Assembly: GCA_001791795.1 (NCBI GenBank)
Contig: MGFH01000206.1
Span: 1 to 50,326, forward strand
Direction of reading: 5' to 3'
Source of the DNA: Candidatus Wallbacteria bacterium GWC2_49_35
GTDB lineage: Bacteria; Muiribacteriota; UBA9980
Length of the DNA: 50,326 nt
Of this stretch, positions 8,456 through 19,400 are shown piece after piece. Under the pieces are notes generated by a model. It searched no databases. It saw nothing but the letters and a program-made list of their open reading frames with translations, and was not told where the DNA came from. The stretch's first letter is position 1, and each line of letters opens with the position of its first letter. Position numbers and translations under genes: made by a program.

Positions 8456-10926
8456 CCTTGATTATCCTTATTTATAAGTTTTTGAAGAGTCCTTACAAGT
8501 TCGTTGATTTTGAAAGGCTTGGTTATATATTCCTTGAAACCGGCCTTTTCAAAATCTTCTATTTTAGACTGGTCGCTGAAATAGCCGCTGGCGGCTATGG
8601 CCTTTACTTCCGGGTCGAACCGGATTATATTCTGAAGCATTTCTACGCCGCCCATTCCGCCCGGCACCGTCAGATCGGTTATCACGGCGTCGAACGGCGC
8701 GCCCGAATCGAGAGCGGCCTTATAAATTTCGAGCGCCTCTGCGCCGTCGGCTGCGGTCATAGTTTCAAACCCCAGATGGTTCAATAACTGAGAAGTTATA
8801 TTTCTGATGAGTTCCTCGTCGTCCATTATCAATATTTTCCCATTCATTACCGCTTTTTTTTCTTTAGCCGTCGAAGGCCTAGCTTCGGTTTTCAATTCCG
8901 CCGCTGTGCCGTCAGCGGCCGGCAGGTAAATCGCGAAAGTCGCGCCAGTGCCCGGTTTTGAATCGACAGTGATGAGGCCGCCGTGGCTTTTTATTATGGA
9001 GTAGACCGACGACAGGCCGAGCCCGTTGCCCCTGGCCTTGGTCGTAAAATAAGGGTCGAATATCTTGGCGAGGTTTTTTTCTTCGATCCCGCTTCCGTTA
9101 TCGCTGAAAGTCACTCTGACGTAACGGCCTTTGGTTAAAGGCAGCTTTTCGCCGTCTATACTTACGTTTTTGGCGACGACCTTTATCGTTCCGCCGCCCG
9201 GCATGGCCTGGATGGAATTTATGACGAGGTTCGATACCACCTGGTTTATCTGGCTGACGTCGATCTCGGCCGACGCGAGTTTATCGCTGATATCGAATTC
9301 GCATTTTACGTTCGAGCCGCGCGCCATGAAACTGATCGAGTTTTTAAGCAGCTCGCCGATGTCGGCGAGTTTTTTATTCGCGGTGCTTCCCTTCGCGAAA
9401 GTCAATAGCTGCACGGTCAGTCCCTTGGCCTGAAAAGATATGTCTTCGGCGCTCGTAAGTATCTTGTGTATTTCGTCCTCAGGGGAAGCCAGCATTTTAG
9501 CCAGCGATATGTTTCCGACTATGCCGGTGAGAAAATTATTGAAATCGTGCGCTATGCCGCTGGCCAGAAGGCTCAGAGATTCGAGTTTGCTTATCTTCAG
9601 CAGTTCCTCTTCTATTTTTTTCTGTTCGCTCATATCGCGGAAGGCGAGTATCGCGCCTATGATCTTTTCTCCCCTGTCGCGGATCGGCGCGCAGGTGATC
9701 GAAGCGAAAATTTCGTGCCCGGTATTCGAAATAATTTTCGTGTGGTGGCCGAAAACGACGATCTCGCCGTTTTTTATCGATACGCTCGCCGGGTTTTCTA
9801 TCCTGCTTCCGGTGCTTGAATTGAACAGGCGGAACGCTTCGTCCAGGTCCATTCCGGCGGCGATTTCAGAGGTCAGCCCGACGATCGACTCCGCCATGGA
9901 GTTGATGAGGGTAATTTTTCCGAGGTTGTCGACCGCGATCACGCCTTCGCCAATGCTGCGAAGCGTTACAGCGAGCCTTTCCTTTTCGGACGCGAGGGAT
10001 TCTTCGGCGTTCTTACGCTGGACTATCTCTTTTTCGAGTTTGTAATTGGCGTTCGCCAGTTCGAAAGTGCGGTCCCTGATGATCGTTTCGAGATTATCGT
10101 TTATGGCCTGCAGTTCTTCCTCCGCGCGCTTGCGCTCGGTGACGTCGAGGCCTACCGCCTGATATTCTTCTATGAGTGAATTTTCGCCGAAAACGGCGAG
10201 AAATGTCCATTCCAGCCATCTTTTTTCTCCGGTGGCGGAATTCATGATCAGGTGTTCGAATGCGGCGATGCGGTTGTCTTTTCCAAGAGATGCCAGGCGG
10301 CAGCGGATCGGCTCGCGGCATTCGGCGGGCGCCTGCGATTCGAATTTTTTTCCGGTGAATTTTTCGGAGTCGCCGTTGAAATAACGGCAATAGGCGCCGT
10401 TTACGAAAGTGATGCCGCCGTCGGCGCCGAAGCGGCAGATTAGCTCGGTCTGGCCTTCGACTATCGCGCGGTAGCGTTCTTCGCTGATCCTCAGCTCTTT
10501 TCTGCGTTCGCGCTCGAGTTCCATTAAAAGCCGCTGGCGCTCGAAAGCATAGCGGATCGAGCGTATGAGGACCTTGCCGTCCACGCCTTCCTTGACGAGA
10601 TAGTCCTGTGCGCCTTCCGAGATCGCGCGCGCGCCGGTATGATAATCGTTGGTGCCCGTCAGGACTATGATAGGAATTTCACCGGAATATTTTTTGACGC
10701 TTATGAGAGTGTCAATGCCGGTGCTGTCGGGAAGAAGAAGGTCCAGCAAAATGATGTCGTAATTGCAGGTTGAAAGGCTTTCGGCGGCTTCCTTTAAAGC
10801 GGCGCAGGAGAACATCTCAAAGTTAATATCTTCGCGTTTGAGCATTTCCCGCAGAAGCATGACGTCTCCGGGATTATCTTCGACAAGAAGAATTTTAACG
10901 GGCCCCTCAAACATCGCGTCTCCCAA
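8452..10926 (-). CDS. Hybrid sensor histidine kinase/response regulator (REC-PAS-PAS-HisKA-HATPase-REC)
   Basis: LLVEDNPGD...LLDLLLPD REC; two PAS-like regions; H-box IAHDFNNFL; NLVINSIQAM, DNGSGI, FDPYFTTK, GNGLGLS; C-terminal REC IMDDE...VITDLTVPG. Confidence 0.93.
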   Translation of the reverse strand: MGDAMFEGPVKILLVEDNPGDVMLLREMLKREDINFEMFSCAALKEAAESLSTCNYDIILLDLLLPDSTGIDTLISVKKYSGEIPIIVLTGTNDYHTGARAISEGAQDYLVKEGVDGKVLIRSIRYAFERQRLLMELERERRKELRISEERYRAIVEGQTELICRFGADGGITFVNGAYCRYFNGDSEKFTGKKFESQAPAECREPIRCRLASLGKDNRIAAFEHLIMNSATGEKRWLEWTFLAVFGENSLIEEYQAVGLDVTERKRAEEELQAINDNLETIIRDRTFELANANYKLEKEIVQRKNAEESLASEKERLAVTLRSIGEGVIAVDNLGKITLINSMAESIVGLTSEIAAGMDLDEAFRLFNSSTGSRIENPASVSIKNGEIVVFGHHTKIISNTGHEIFASITCAPIRDRGEKIIGAILAFRDMSEQKKIEEELLKISKLESLSLLASGIAHDFNNFLTGIVGNISLAKMLASPEDEIHKILTSAEDISFQAKGLTVQLLTFAKGSTANKKLADIGELLKNSISFMARGSNVKCEFDISDKLASAEIDVSQINQVVSNLVINSIQAMPGGGTIKVVAKNVSIDGEKLPLTKGRYVRVTFSDNGSGIEEKNLAKIFDPYFTTKARGNGLGLSSVYSIIKSHGGLITVDSKPGTGATFAIYLPAADGTAAELKTEARPSTAKEKKAVMNGKILIMDDEELIRNITSQLLNHLGFETMTAADGAEALEIYKAALDSGAPFDAVITDLTVPGGMGGVEMLQNIIRFDPEVKAIAASGYFSDQSKIEDFEKAGFKEYITKPFKINELVRTLQKLINKDNQG

Positions 10927-11020
10927 TTTAAGAAATTACGCCGCCGGTAAAATTAAAATCGCGAATTTTTCTTGATTTAAAATTTCTAATAAGTGTAACG
11001 ATTCGAATATTTTTTACGAT

Positions 11021-11050
11021 ATTATAATATAACGAATCGTGTATAGTCAA
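11021..11050 (-). promoter_or_regulatory. Putative sigma70 promoter of the hybrid kinase
   Basis: Minus strand TTGACT (11050-11045), 18 nt, TATAAT (11026-11021). Confidence 0.45.
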
Positions 11051-11088
11051 TATATTTTATTATCATGTTGAAACGGCGGGGATATTAA

Positions 11089-13926
11089 TTGAAGATTTTC
11101 AGTTCTTCCATAAAAATCATTCTAGCAGCGGCGGCGCTGCAGGTTATTTTATTTTCTTTTACGCGCCCCTGTGCGTTCGCCGTCTCCGCGGAAACCGGAA
11201 ACCAATCTCTGGCTCAGCTGGATGCTTCATCGTCCTCGAAAAAGATACTCGACTTTTATAAAGGCTTTAAACAAGATCTTAAGGATCGCACTCGCGACGA
11301 GATCGAATTATTATTTAAAGAGGCGCGCGAAGAAATTTCTGCAAAGAATTACGGCAAAGCCGCCGAACTATATTCGCGCATCATTTCAAAAAGTCCCCGC
11401 AATACCGATGCCATGTTTTCGATTGGCCAGATCTGCTTGTGGCAGAAGAAATACGCCGACGCCCGCTCGTGGTTTCAAAAAGTTTTAAGCATATCGCCCC
11501 GGCATACCGATGCGAAGCTCGCGCTCGCTAAAACCAGTTTTTTCGCCGGAGATAAAAGATCGGCGGCGAAGGAATACGAAGAAATTTACGCCGGCCACTC
11601 CTCCAATTCCTACGCCATGAACCAGTACGCGCAATATCTCGCGTGGAGTTCCAAACTCGATAAAGCCGCCGGAATATACGAGGGCGTCATCGCATCCGGA
11701 AAAGACACGGCGGAAGCGTCGCTCGGCCTCGCGAAAGTTTTAGGAAGGCAGAAAAAATATGGCGCAGCGATCGATCTGCTAAAAAAGGTTCTTGCCGGAG
11801 GCGGTTGCGACAGTTTCGAAGTGAGGCTGGAACTCGCCCGGACGTATATGTTCGCGGAGCGGCTCAGGGACTCTGTTAAATTATGCTACGAACTCGCATC
11901 CGAAAACAGGGACGACGAGCGCGTGAGGTCCTTGATGAAAGACCTTTCCGCGGCGTTTCTTTCGAAGGGCGTCAATTTATACGGCGAAAAAAAATACGTC
12001 GAGGCTGTCCGCGCGCTTAAATATACCATCGCCAAATTTCCGTCCTGCAGGGACGCTTATAAATATCTCGGCCTGAGCTACCTGGCTCAATCGGAATATG
12101 CCGCGGCGGTCCGCCGCTTTTCACAATATTTAAGATACGAGAGAAACGACGCCGAAACCGCCGTGAAAGCGGCGCAATGCTGCGTAAGGCTGGGTTTGAC
12201 CAAAGAGGCCGTCGCTTATTATCGGATGGCATCGAATGCGTCGAAAGGCGTCGCGAATTTCGATTACGACATAGCTAAATTAATGCGGGCGGGCGGGATG
12301 ACCGACGAGGTGCGTCTGGCGATCGGCGATATGCTCAAAAAAGAGGGCGCCACTTACAAACTTAGTCTGCTGCGGGCGCAGATAAATTACTCGCTATTGC
12401 TCATGGACGAATTCGAAAACGACGCCGAAACTATTATCGAGTATAAAAGCAGGGACGAAGAAGCCGCGGGGCTGTTCAAAAAATTGGCCGACCTTTACGT
12501 TAAAAAGGGTAAAAAGATCGCCGGATCCAAAGATTACGCAGGCGCTGAGGAATATTACTCCAAAACTCTTTCGAAAACTGGCCCGGAATATAATCTTTTA
12601 ATGGCCCGGGCCGAAGCCAGGTCACGTTCCGGCGACCACGCGGGCGCAGTGGCGAGCTACCGCGCTGCGCTCGAACTCAAGCCGGCCGATTACGACGCCC
12701 GGATGTATTCGGCGCTCAATCTCGCCTGGAGCAAAAAATACGAAGAAGCCATAGAAGAATATAACAAAGTTCTAATAGATCATCCCAAAGATTCGGAGGC
12801 GCTCGGCGGCATTGCCAGAACTTATTTCTGGACGGGCAAATATTACCCGAGCCTCAATTATTACCGCAAAGCTTATTCGGCGGTCAAAAAGAGCCTGGAA
12901 ACGATAACCGGCTACGGCAACGCCATGCACATCTTTTCTTATGATAAGCAGGCCGTGAAAAAGATCAACGAAGCCCTGTCGAAAGACAAGAATTATTCAT
13001 ACGCGATAAAACTGAAAGATATCATCATGAACATTCACAGGAGCGAATTCACGCCGTTCCGCTCGCGCTCGAAGGACTCTGACCGCATAAATTTCAACGG
13101 CGCCGGCGGAAATGTCGAAACCGATATCGACCTGGACACCAGGCTCAGTGCGTCATACAGGAGCTACGATATTTATATGGACAACTCCTCCCTTAAATAC
13201 AAGGCCGACACGGCCAATCTGAGATTAAGAAGGAAGATATCGCCGCTTTATAAAATTTCCGGCGGCGTCACGCTGTACGACCTTTCAGACCCGCGCGGCG
13301 CGGCGTCTTCGAATAACGCAGGCTACGCGCTGGGCATCAGCTACGACATGCCCAGGCGTTTAAATATGGCCCTTTACTTCGACAGGAGCGTCATGTTCGA
13401 GAACCCTTCGGCGTTCCGCAATAAAATAGCGGCTTACGGGCCGTCTTTCGACCTGAGGCGCCTCATAGACGCTAAATACGAAATTAATTTCGGCGCGGGA
13501 TATCATAAATTTTCGGATTCGAACACCAAGAAAAATTTAGCTTTGAAATTAAAGCGGATAAAGAAATTCGGTGATTTCAAGATAGTGGCGGGTCCGGTAT
13601 ATAAGCACGTCAGATTCGCGCAGAAAAAATACACCGGCTATTATTCGCCTGAACGCTATGACAGCGGCGGGCTTGAATATGATCTTAGTTACACGGGTAA
13701 CGGGCACGTTTTGAAGCTGAACGAGGAATACGGCCGTTCGAGGGAACTGAATAAAGGATGGAAAAATTACCACAAATACGAGCTGGAAGCCTTTTGGGAT
13801 ATCTGGAAAGATTTCATTCTGAACGCGGCCTATCTTAAAACCAATTCCGGTCTCGACAGCACGTCGGAAGATACCAGCGGATACTGGTACAAAAGGTTCA
13901 ATATCAATCTGAATTACGCGTGGTAG
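11089..13926 (+). CDS. Large TPR-repeat protein with C-terminal outer-membrane beta-barrel (PgaA/BcsC/YaiO-like architecture)
   Basis: TTG start, signal peptide, more than 10 TPR-like repeats (e.g. ALNLAWSKKYEEAIEEYNKVL), about 270 aa of alternating beta-strands ending FNINLNYAW. Confidence 0.75.
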   Translation: MKIFSSSIKIILAAAALQVILFSFTRPCAFAVSAETGNQSLAQLDASSSSKKILDFYKGFKQDLKDRTRDEIELLFKEAREEISAKNYGKAAELYSRIISKSPRNTDAMFSIGQICLWQKKYADARSWFQKVLSISPRHTDAKLALAKTSFFAGDKRSAAKEYEEIYAGHSSNSYAMNQYAQYLAWSSKLDKAAGIYEGVIASGKDTAEASLGLAKVLGRQKKYGAAIDLLKKVLAGGGCDSFEVRLELARTYMFAERLRDSVKLCYELASENRDDERVRSLMKDLSAAFLSKGVNLYGEKKYVEAVRALKYTIAKFPSCRDAYKYLGLSYLAQSEYAAAVRRFSQYLRYERNDAETAVKAAQCCVRLGLTKEAVAYYRMASNASKGVANFDYDIAKLMRAGGMTDEVRLAIGDMLKKEGATYKLSLLRAQINYSLLLMDEFENDAETIIEYKSRDEEAAGLFKKLADLYVKKGKKIAGSKDYAGAEEYYSKTLSKTGPEYNLLMARAEARSRSGDHAGAVASYRAALELKPADYDARMYSALNLAWSKKYEEAIEEYNKVLIDHPKDSEALGGIARTYFWTGKYYPSLNYYRKAYSAVKKSLETITGYGNAMHIFSYDKQAVKKINEALSKDKNYSYAIKLKDIIMNIHRSEFTPFRSRSKDSDRINFNGAGGNVETDIDLDTRLSASYRSYDIYMDNSSLKYKADTANLRLRRKISPLYKISGGVTLYDLSDPRGAASSNNAGYALGISYDMPRRLNMALYFDRSVMFENPSAFRNKIAAYGPSFDLRRLIDAKYEINFGAGYHKFSDSNTKKNLALKLKRIKKFGDFKIVAGPVYKHVRFAQKKYTGYYSPERYDSGGLEYDLSYTGNGHVLKLNEEYGRSRELNKGWKNYHKYELEAFWDIWKDFILNAAYLKTNSGLDSTSEDTSGYWYKRFNINLNYAW

Positions 13927-13938
13927 GAAACTGCGCGC

Positions 13939-14172
13939 CTATTTTTGAATGGCTATGATGTAATAGCCGTCTTTTTTTTCGAGCCTGAGAAGCTTTAATT
14001 TACGCGATTTGCAGAACATAGGAAAGTCGTCGGCCACGCCGTCGTCAGTCGCGGTTATTTCAAGGATCTGCCCGCCCGGCATATTTTCGAGCTCGCTCTG
14101 GGCGTTTATGACGGGCATCGGGCAGTAAAGTCCGCTGCAGTCTATTTTAACGTTGGGAGTATATCCGTCCAT
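13939..14172 (-). CDS. tusA: TusA/SirA family sulfurtransferase
   Basis: IDCSGLYCPMP (CPxP motif) and LEITATD..DDFPMFC; 77 aa. Confidence 0.85.
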   Translation of the reverse strand: MDGYTPNVKIDCSGLYCPMPVINAQSELENMPGGQILEITATDDGVADDFPMFCKSRKLKLLRLEKKDGYYIIAIQK

Positions 14173-14201
14173 GGCCGCGTTTCTCTTCCGGCGACACGCG
14201 T

Positions 14202-15038
14202 TCAGTCTTTGACCGCGAAATCGTAAATTTTATTTAAATATTCATCGCCTCGCAGCGCCATGACGTCGTTATGCGAGGCCTCGTCGACGATATAAAGCGA
14301 TCGTTTAGCGGGCGCGTCGAGCGCGTATAGCGCGTGCGCGTTCTTAACGCTTATGACGCCGTCCCTTCCGCCGTGAATTATAAGCCAGGGCGCTTTTACG
14401 TCCTTCGCTTTCGCCGCGGTAGGAAGATAATCGCTCACGAAAGGGTAAAAGACGAAAAGTACGGGATTGAACCATATATGCAGCGGAACGGAAACGAATG
14501 TGGATTCGGTAATAAGCCTGTGGCAAGGATATTTCGACGCCAGATGAACTGCCGCGGCGCCGCCGAGTGAACGGCCGTAAATTATGAATTTGCCGCCTTT
14601 AAGTTCGGGCCTCGAAGATATGTAATTATAAACGCGGTCGCAGTCGCCGTAGAAAGTTTTGGTCGAAGGCGCGCCTTCGCTTTTCGCGTAACCCCTGTAG
14701 TCGTAAATGAACAGGTTGGCCGAAAGTTTTGCGGCGATGGCGCGCGCGTGCCTCAGCGCTTTGGAAATGTTTTCGGCGTTGCCGTGGCTGTAAATCAGGG
14801 TCGTTTCGCTGCTCGTTTCGTGCGGGACATACCAGCAGCAAAGTTTTTTTCCGTCATCCGTTTCGACCGTGACCTCCTCGTATTTAAGGTTGAGGTCTTT
14901 CGGCGTCACGGAAATATCGGTCGCTCTGAATCTGGGAAAAACGATCGTATCGACGCTCGAAAGAAGCCCGGCCAGAAGAAGAAAATATGTAACGACAAGA
15001 ATTAATATAAATTTCATGATCCTTTTTTTTACGCTCAT
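14202..15038 (-). CDS. Alpha/beta hydrolase (YfhR/ABHD13-like) with N-terminal anchor
   Basis: HGNAEN, DYRGYAKSEG, nucleophile elbow GRSLG, IIHGGRDGVI, SHND. Confidence 0.88.
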   Translation of the reverse strand: MSVKKRIMKFILILVVTYFLLLAGLLSSVDTIVFPRFRATDISVTPKDLNLKYEEVTVETDDGKKLCCWYVPHETSSETTLIYSHGNAENISKALRHARAIAAKLSANLFIYDYRGYAKSEGAPSTKTFYGDCDRVYNYISSRPELKGGKFIIYGRSLGGAAAVHLASKYPCHRLITESTFVSVPLHIWFNPVLFVFYPFVSDYLPTAAKAKDVKAPWLIIHGGRDGVISVKNAHALYALDAPAKRSLYIVDEASHNDVMALRGDEYLNKIYDFAVKD

Positions 15039-15062
15039 TTAAATTTTACCGCCATTTCCGCT

Positions 15063-16331
15063 TCAGTCCGCGATTATTTCCTTTACGAAGTCCTGTATAT
15101 CCACCGGCAGTATCGATGGTATCGGTTTCGTCTTATAGTAATAGCTCTTGAAGTTGTAAAGATATTTCTCGATGTCCCGGTCGTAAACGAAGTCCTTCGG
15201 GCTGAAATTAAGCGCGGCGGACAATATCAAAAGGGCGTTGCCGGGATAGCGCTCGTACATTTTTTTGAACACGAGCGGAGAGATGGATTCGTCGTTGAGG
15301 TAATCGAAGAAAATTTTATTTTTAAGTTCCGCGACGCCTGCGGGCGCGCCGTTTTCAGAAGGAATAAAATCGACGTCCGCGGTGTAATCGCCGGAAAACA
15401 ACTTCTGGAATTTCTCGAAATCGGGATAAAAATTAATGCCCTCGATGTCGTCGTAGATCATCGCCACCGTTTCGAAGTCGCGGTATTTTTTGAAAATTTC
15501 GTCGAAGCCGTGCGGCACTTCGATATCGCCGTCTTCTTCGGCGGCGGCGGGGGCGCCGGTGCTCTGCTTCAGAAGAAGTCTCATTTCTTTTATGGCCGGA
15601 TAGGCTTTTTTATAGAACTGCTCGTAATTCTTTTTAAGGTTGTAGCCCTCGCAGACGATGATATCGTCGCCGAAATACTGTCTGAATATTTCGCATTCTT
15701 TTTTCTGGAGCCTGAAACCGGCCTCTACGCCGGCGTTGTTGTCCTGAAAGTACAGCGCGGGCTGTTCCGACATTATTTCTACGATGTAATCGATCGTGTC
15801 GTTCATGGTTTCGAATCCCAGCTGGAGGATCGCGCCCGAGAATATGTGGTAATTTTTATAAGGCACGATACGGGCGTTGACGTAAGAATTTTTTTCTATG
15901 GTCTTTAACTCTTCGATGGATACTGTTGGTTTGATGATATATTCTTTCAGGTTGAAAAGATTGAGCGCGTGGAATCCGTCTTCGAGAACGCTTTTGATCT
16001 TGAACGTGCTTTCGAAAACGTCCCGCCAGCGGTTCAGATCGTTTACGTCGTCCGCGCTGAGGCTGTCCTTGAATTCGTCTATAAAGTAATCCAGTATGCT
16101 CCGGCCGTCGGTGTGTTTCAATTCCAGCGCGAACCAGTCGAGAAAGTTGAAATATTCTTCGGGCGAAAGCTGGTCGACCTTTACCGTTTCGATCTTTCCG
16201 CTTTCATAATTTTTCATGTCGGCGAAGACGGTGTTCAGCACTTTGTCGTGCAGTTCCTTGAACCTCTGCGAATAGGCGAACTCTATCAGCTGCGATTTGA
16301 GCTCGGAGGCTCTGATCATTTCAAAATTCAT
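15063..16331 (-). CDS. Conserved hypothetical protein resembling the body of actinobacterial SEC-C-domain proteins, without the SEC-C motif
   Basis: 422 aa; segments DWFAL..DGRSILDYF, RWRDVFESTF, LNLFNLKEY, VAMIYDDIEGINFY, YLNDESISPL and YYYKTKPIPS recall that family (from memory); no CxCxxxxxxxxCC tail. Confidence 0.5.
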   Translation of the reverse strand: MNFEMIRASELKSQLIEFAYSQRFKELHDKVLNTVFADMKNYESGKIETVKVDQLSPEEYFNFLDWFALELKHTDGRSILDYFIDEFKDSLSADDVNDLNRWRDVFESTFKIKSVLEDGFHALNLFNLKEYIIKPTVSIEELKTIEKNSYVNARIVPYKNYHIFSGAILQLGFETMNDTIDYIVEIMSEQPALYFQDNNAGVEAGFRLQKKECEIFRQYFGDDIIVCEGYNLKKNYEQFYKKAYPAIKEMRLLLKQSTGAPAAAEEDGDIEVPHGFDEIFKKYRDFETVAMIYDDIEGINFYPDFEKFQKLFSGDYTADVDFIPSENGAPAGVAELKNKIFFDYLNDESISPLVFKKMYERYPGNALLILSAALNFSPKDFVYDRDIEKYLYNFKSYYYKTKPIPSILPVDIQDFVKEIIAD

Positions 16332-16366
16332 AAACTCATCCTTATTTTCGACTGATTTTTTTCGAT

Positions 16367-16395
16367 ATTATAATTACATTTCGGCCTTTTGTCAA
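16367..16395 (-). promoter_or_regulatory. Perfect consensus sigma70 promoter (minus-strand operon)
   Basis: TTGACA (16395-16390), 17 nt, TATAAT (16372-16367). Confidence 0.85.
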
Positions 16396-16435
16396 TTATA
16401 ATTTTTATTATCTAATTATCAGGGCATAAAAAACC

Positions 16436-16464
16436 TTGACATTTTCACCCTCTTAAATTATAAT
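16436..16464 (+). promoter_or_regulatory. Perfect consensus sigma70 promoter (HEAT protein gene)
   Basis: TTGACA (16436-16441), 17 nt, TATAAT (16459-16464). Confidence 0.85.
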
Positions 16465-16475
16465 TTTTAACTTAT

Positions 16476-19400
16476 ATGACGGATAAAAATATCGATATAA
16501 ACTTACTGATAAAAAATCTTGGCTCGCCTAACGACGATACACGCGAGGAAGCGGCGGCGGCGCTTATCGGGGTCACCGATAAGCGCATAGTGCCGGCGCT
16601 TTTGAACTCGCTCGAAACCGACGATAATCCGGGCGTTAAGCACTTCGTGAAAAAGGCTCTTCTAATCATCCAGAAAGAGCACGGCGATATCAAAACAATT
16701 GTTGCGGAGCTTGCCGCCGAAAAAAGCAAAGCGCAGGAGCCGGCCCCGCCTCAATCGCAAGGAGAGATTCCGCAGGCCAAACCTGAAGACATGCCAGACG
16801 ACACGCGTCAGGCGGTGGATACCATCTTAAGGCGGCTGAAGGAAAAGGACGCCGCGCTCATAGAAGAGGCCCGCGAACAGCTTCCGTATGAAGAAGACCC
16901 ATACATCAGGGCAACTTATGTAAGCGCCATAGGGCGGCTGGGCGACGAATCCAACATGGGCGACATCATTTCATTTTTAAGCGACCCTGATTTCAGGGTT
17001 CTCGCTAACGCCGTCGAGGCGCTCGAACGGCTCGGCAATCCGCAGTGCGTCGAGGCTCTCGTCAAACTCATTTCCCATAAGGACAACCGCGTCAGGGCGA
17101 ATGTAATAAAGGCGTTGTGGAAATTCACGGACTCGAACGTGAGCATCAACAGGCACGTAATCGACAAACTCAAGCAGATGCTCGAATCGGACAACGCGGA
17201 TATGTGCGAATCGGCGCTTTACGTTTTGAGCGAAATAGCCGACGAGGAATCCATAGACATTCTCGATAAGGCGGCCTACTCCGACAATCTCGAACTGAGC
17301 GCGAAAGCCTCCGTGATGCTCGATAAGGCAAAGCTCACATACTCCGAGCGCAAAGCTAAAACCGACGACGACGTGTATATCAACGGCGTCATAGAAAAAC
17401 TGTCGCGTGGATCGGCCGACTCGTCAAAAGGCATAGACGAAGCGACGCGCGTCCGCATAGATGAAATACAATCGTACATCGATACTTCTGATGTTTCTAA
17501 ACTGCCGCAGGTCCTTAAAGCCCTGGCGGCCGAACAAAATACCTTCATAAGGGCGACGCTCATCAGCGCCGTTGGAAAGCTCGGCGGGCGAAACAATATG
17601 GATGCCCTGCTTCCATTCGTTAAAGATGCCGACGCTCGCGTGGTGGCGAACGTCGTGCAGGCGCTGGAAAGCATAGGCAACCCGAAGTGCGTCGAGCACA
17701 TAGTAAAACTCGTGGCGCACGCGGATAATCGCGTACGCGCCAACACCGTCAAGGCGATCTGGAAATTTGCTCACACCAACGTAACCGCCAACAGGATAGT
17801 TTTCGAACGCCTCAAAGAAATGATGTTTTCGACCAAGAATCAGATGCGTGAATCGGCGATCTACGTTCTGGGCGAGATCGGCGACGACGAATCCATCGAT
17901 CTGCTCAGTATAGCCGCGAACGATAAAAGCCCCGACATCAAAGCCAAAGCAGAAGAGGCGCTTAAAAACGCCCTTAAAATAAAAGCCGAAAGGGAGCTGG
18001 AAACTTCCACGCCTCCCGTCAGCGAAGAGGAGATCAGCAGAATTCCCTCCCTCGATGCCCGCCCGCCCAGAATCGAACCGAAAGCCGAACCGAAAATTGA
18101 AGCGCCGGCGCAGCCGAAGGTGACAATTAATTTGGAAAAGCCGTCGTCAAAAGATGTCGAGCCCGAGCCGAAGCGGCAGCAGTCTGAAAAAGTCGCGCCC
18201 GCGGCGGAACCTGAAAAAAAACAGCCCGCCGCCCAGCCCGCCCTGAAGGAAGAGGCCCGCGACACGGCGCCGCTCGGCGACCCGATCGAAACCAGCGCCG
18301 CGCTCGAACCGGCCAAGGTCATCGACGACGCTACGCGCAAAGAGATCGATAAGATACAGAAATTAATAGACGCCGGCGATTCTTCTTCGCTCGAAGATCT
18401 TGTGAAAAGGCTTGCAGCCGAGAAGAACACTTTTATAAAAGCGACGCTGGTCAGCGCCGTGGGAAAACTGGGCGGCCGCGACAATATGGAAGCCGTGATA
18501 GGCTTTTTGAACGACGAAGACACCCGCGTGGTGGCAAATACCGCCGAAGCGCTGGAAAACCTCGGCAATTCAAAATGCGTCGAGGAACTTATAAAGCATA
18601 TCAATCACAACGATAACCGCGTCAGGGCTAACGTGGTAAAGGCCATCTGGAAATATGCCCAGAGCAACATGTCGGCCAACCGCGTTATACTCGCGCGCCT
18701 TAAAACGATGATGTTTTCTTCGAAGGCCCAGATGCGCGAATCGGCGCTTTACGTTCTTGGCGAGATAGCCAGCGACGAGGCGTTAGAGCTCATCACCATC
18801 GCCGTGAGCGACAAGGTTGAATCGGTACAGCAGAAAGCGAAGGAAGCCCTCGAGCGCGCCGAGGCGAGGCGGAAGGAAACCCCCGCTCCCGCGGCTGCAA
18901 AAACTCAGTCATTTTCAGAAGCGAAGAAAAAAACGCCGCAGTCCCCGGGCGCGTCGAAAACTCAGGGCCGGCAGAAGGGCGTTTCGGCGGCCCCGCTTCC
19001 TCAGGCGTCTAAAACGGCAGGCGCGCCGGTACGCCGCATGTCTTTTTTCAAACTGCTTTTTATACTCATGTTTTTTTTCACGTTAAGTCTTGGGGGAGGT
19101 TTTTCGGTTTACTGGTTCGTTATGGAAGGAAAAGATTATCAGCAGCTAGAAACCGCCGTAAAGGCTTTACTAGAGCAGTTCAAAAATCCCGAAGGCGGCG
19201 GCGATACGGCCTCCGCGCCGGCGTCTTCACAGCAGACCCCGCCGGCAGGACAGCCCGGCGGCGAAAACGCTCCGAAGCCTCCCGAAGAGATCAAAAAGCA
19301 GGCTTTCACAATAAACGACCAGGTCGATATGGCAAAGCAGTATCTCAACGAAGGGCATTTCAGCGAGGTCATCACTTCGCTGGCTAAATCGGCGGCCAAA

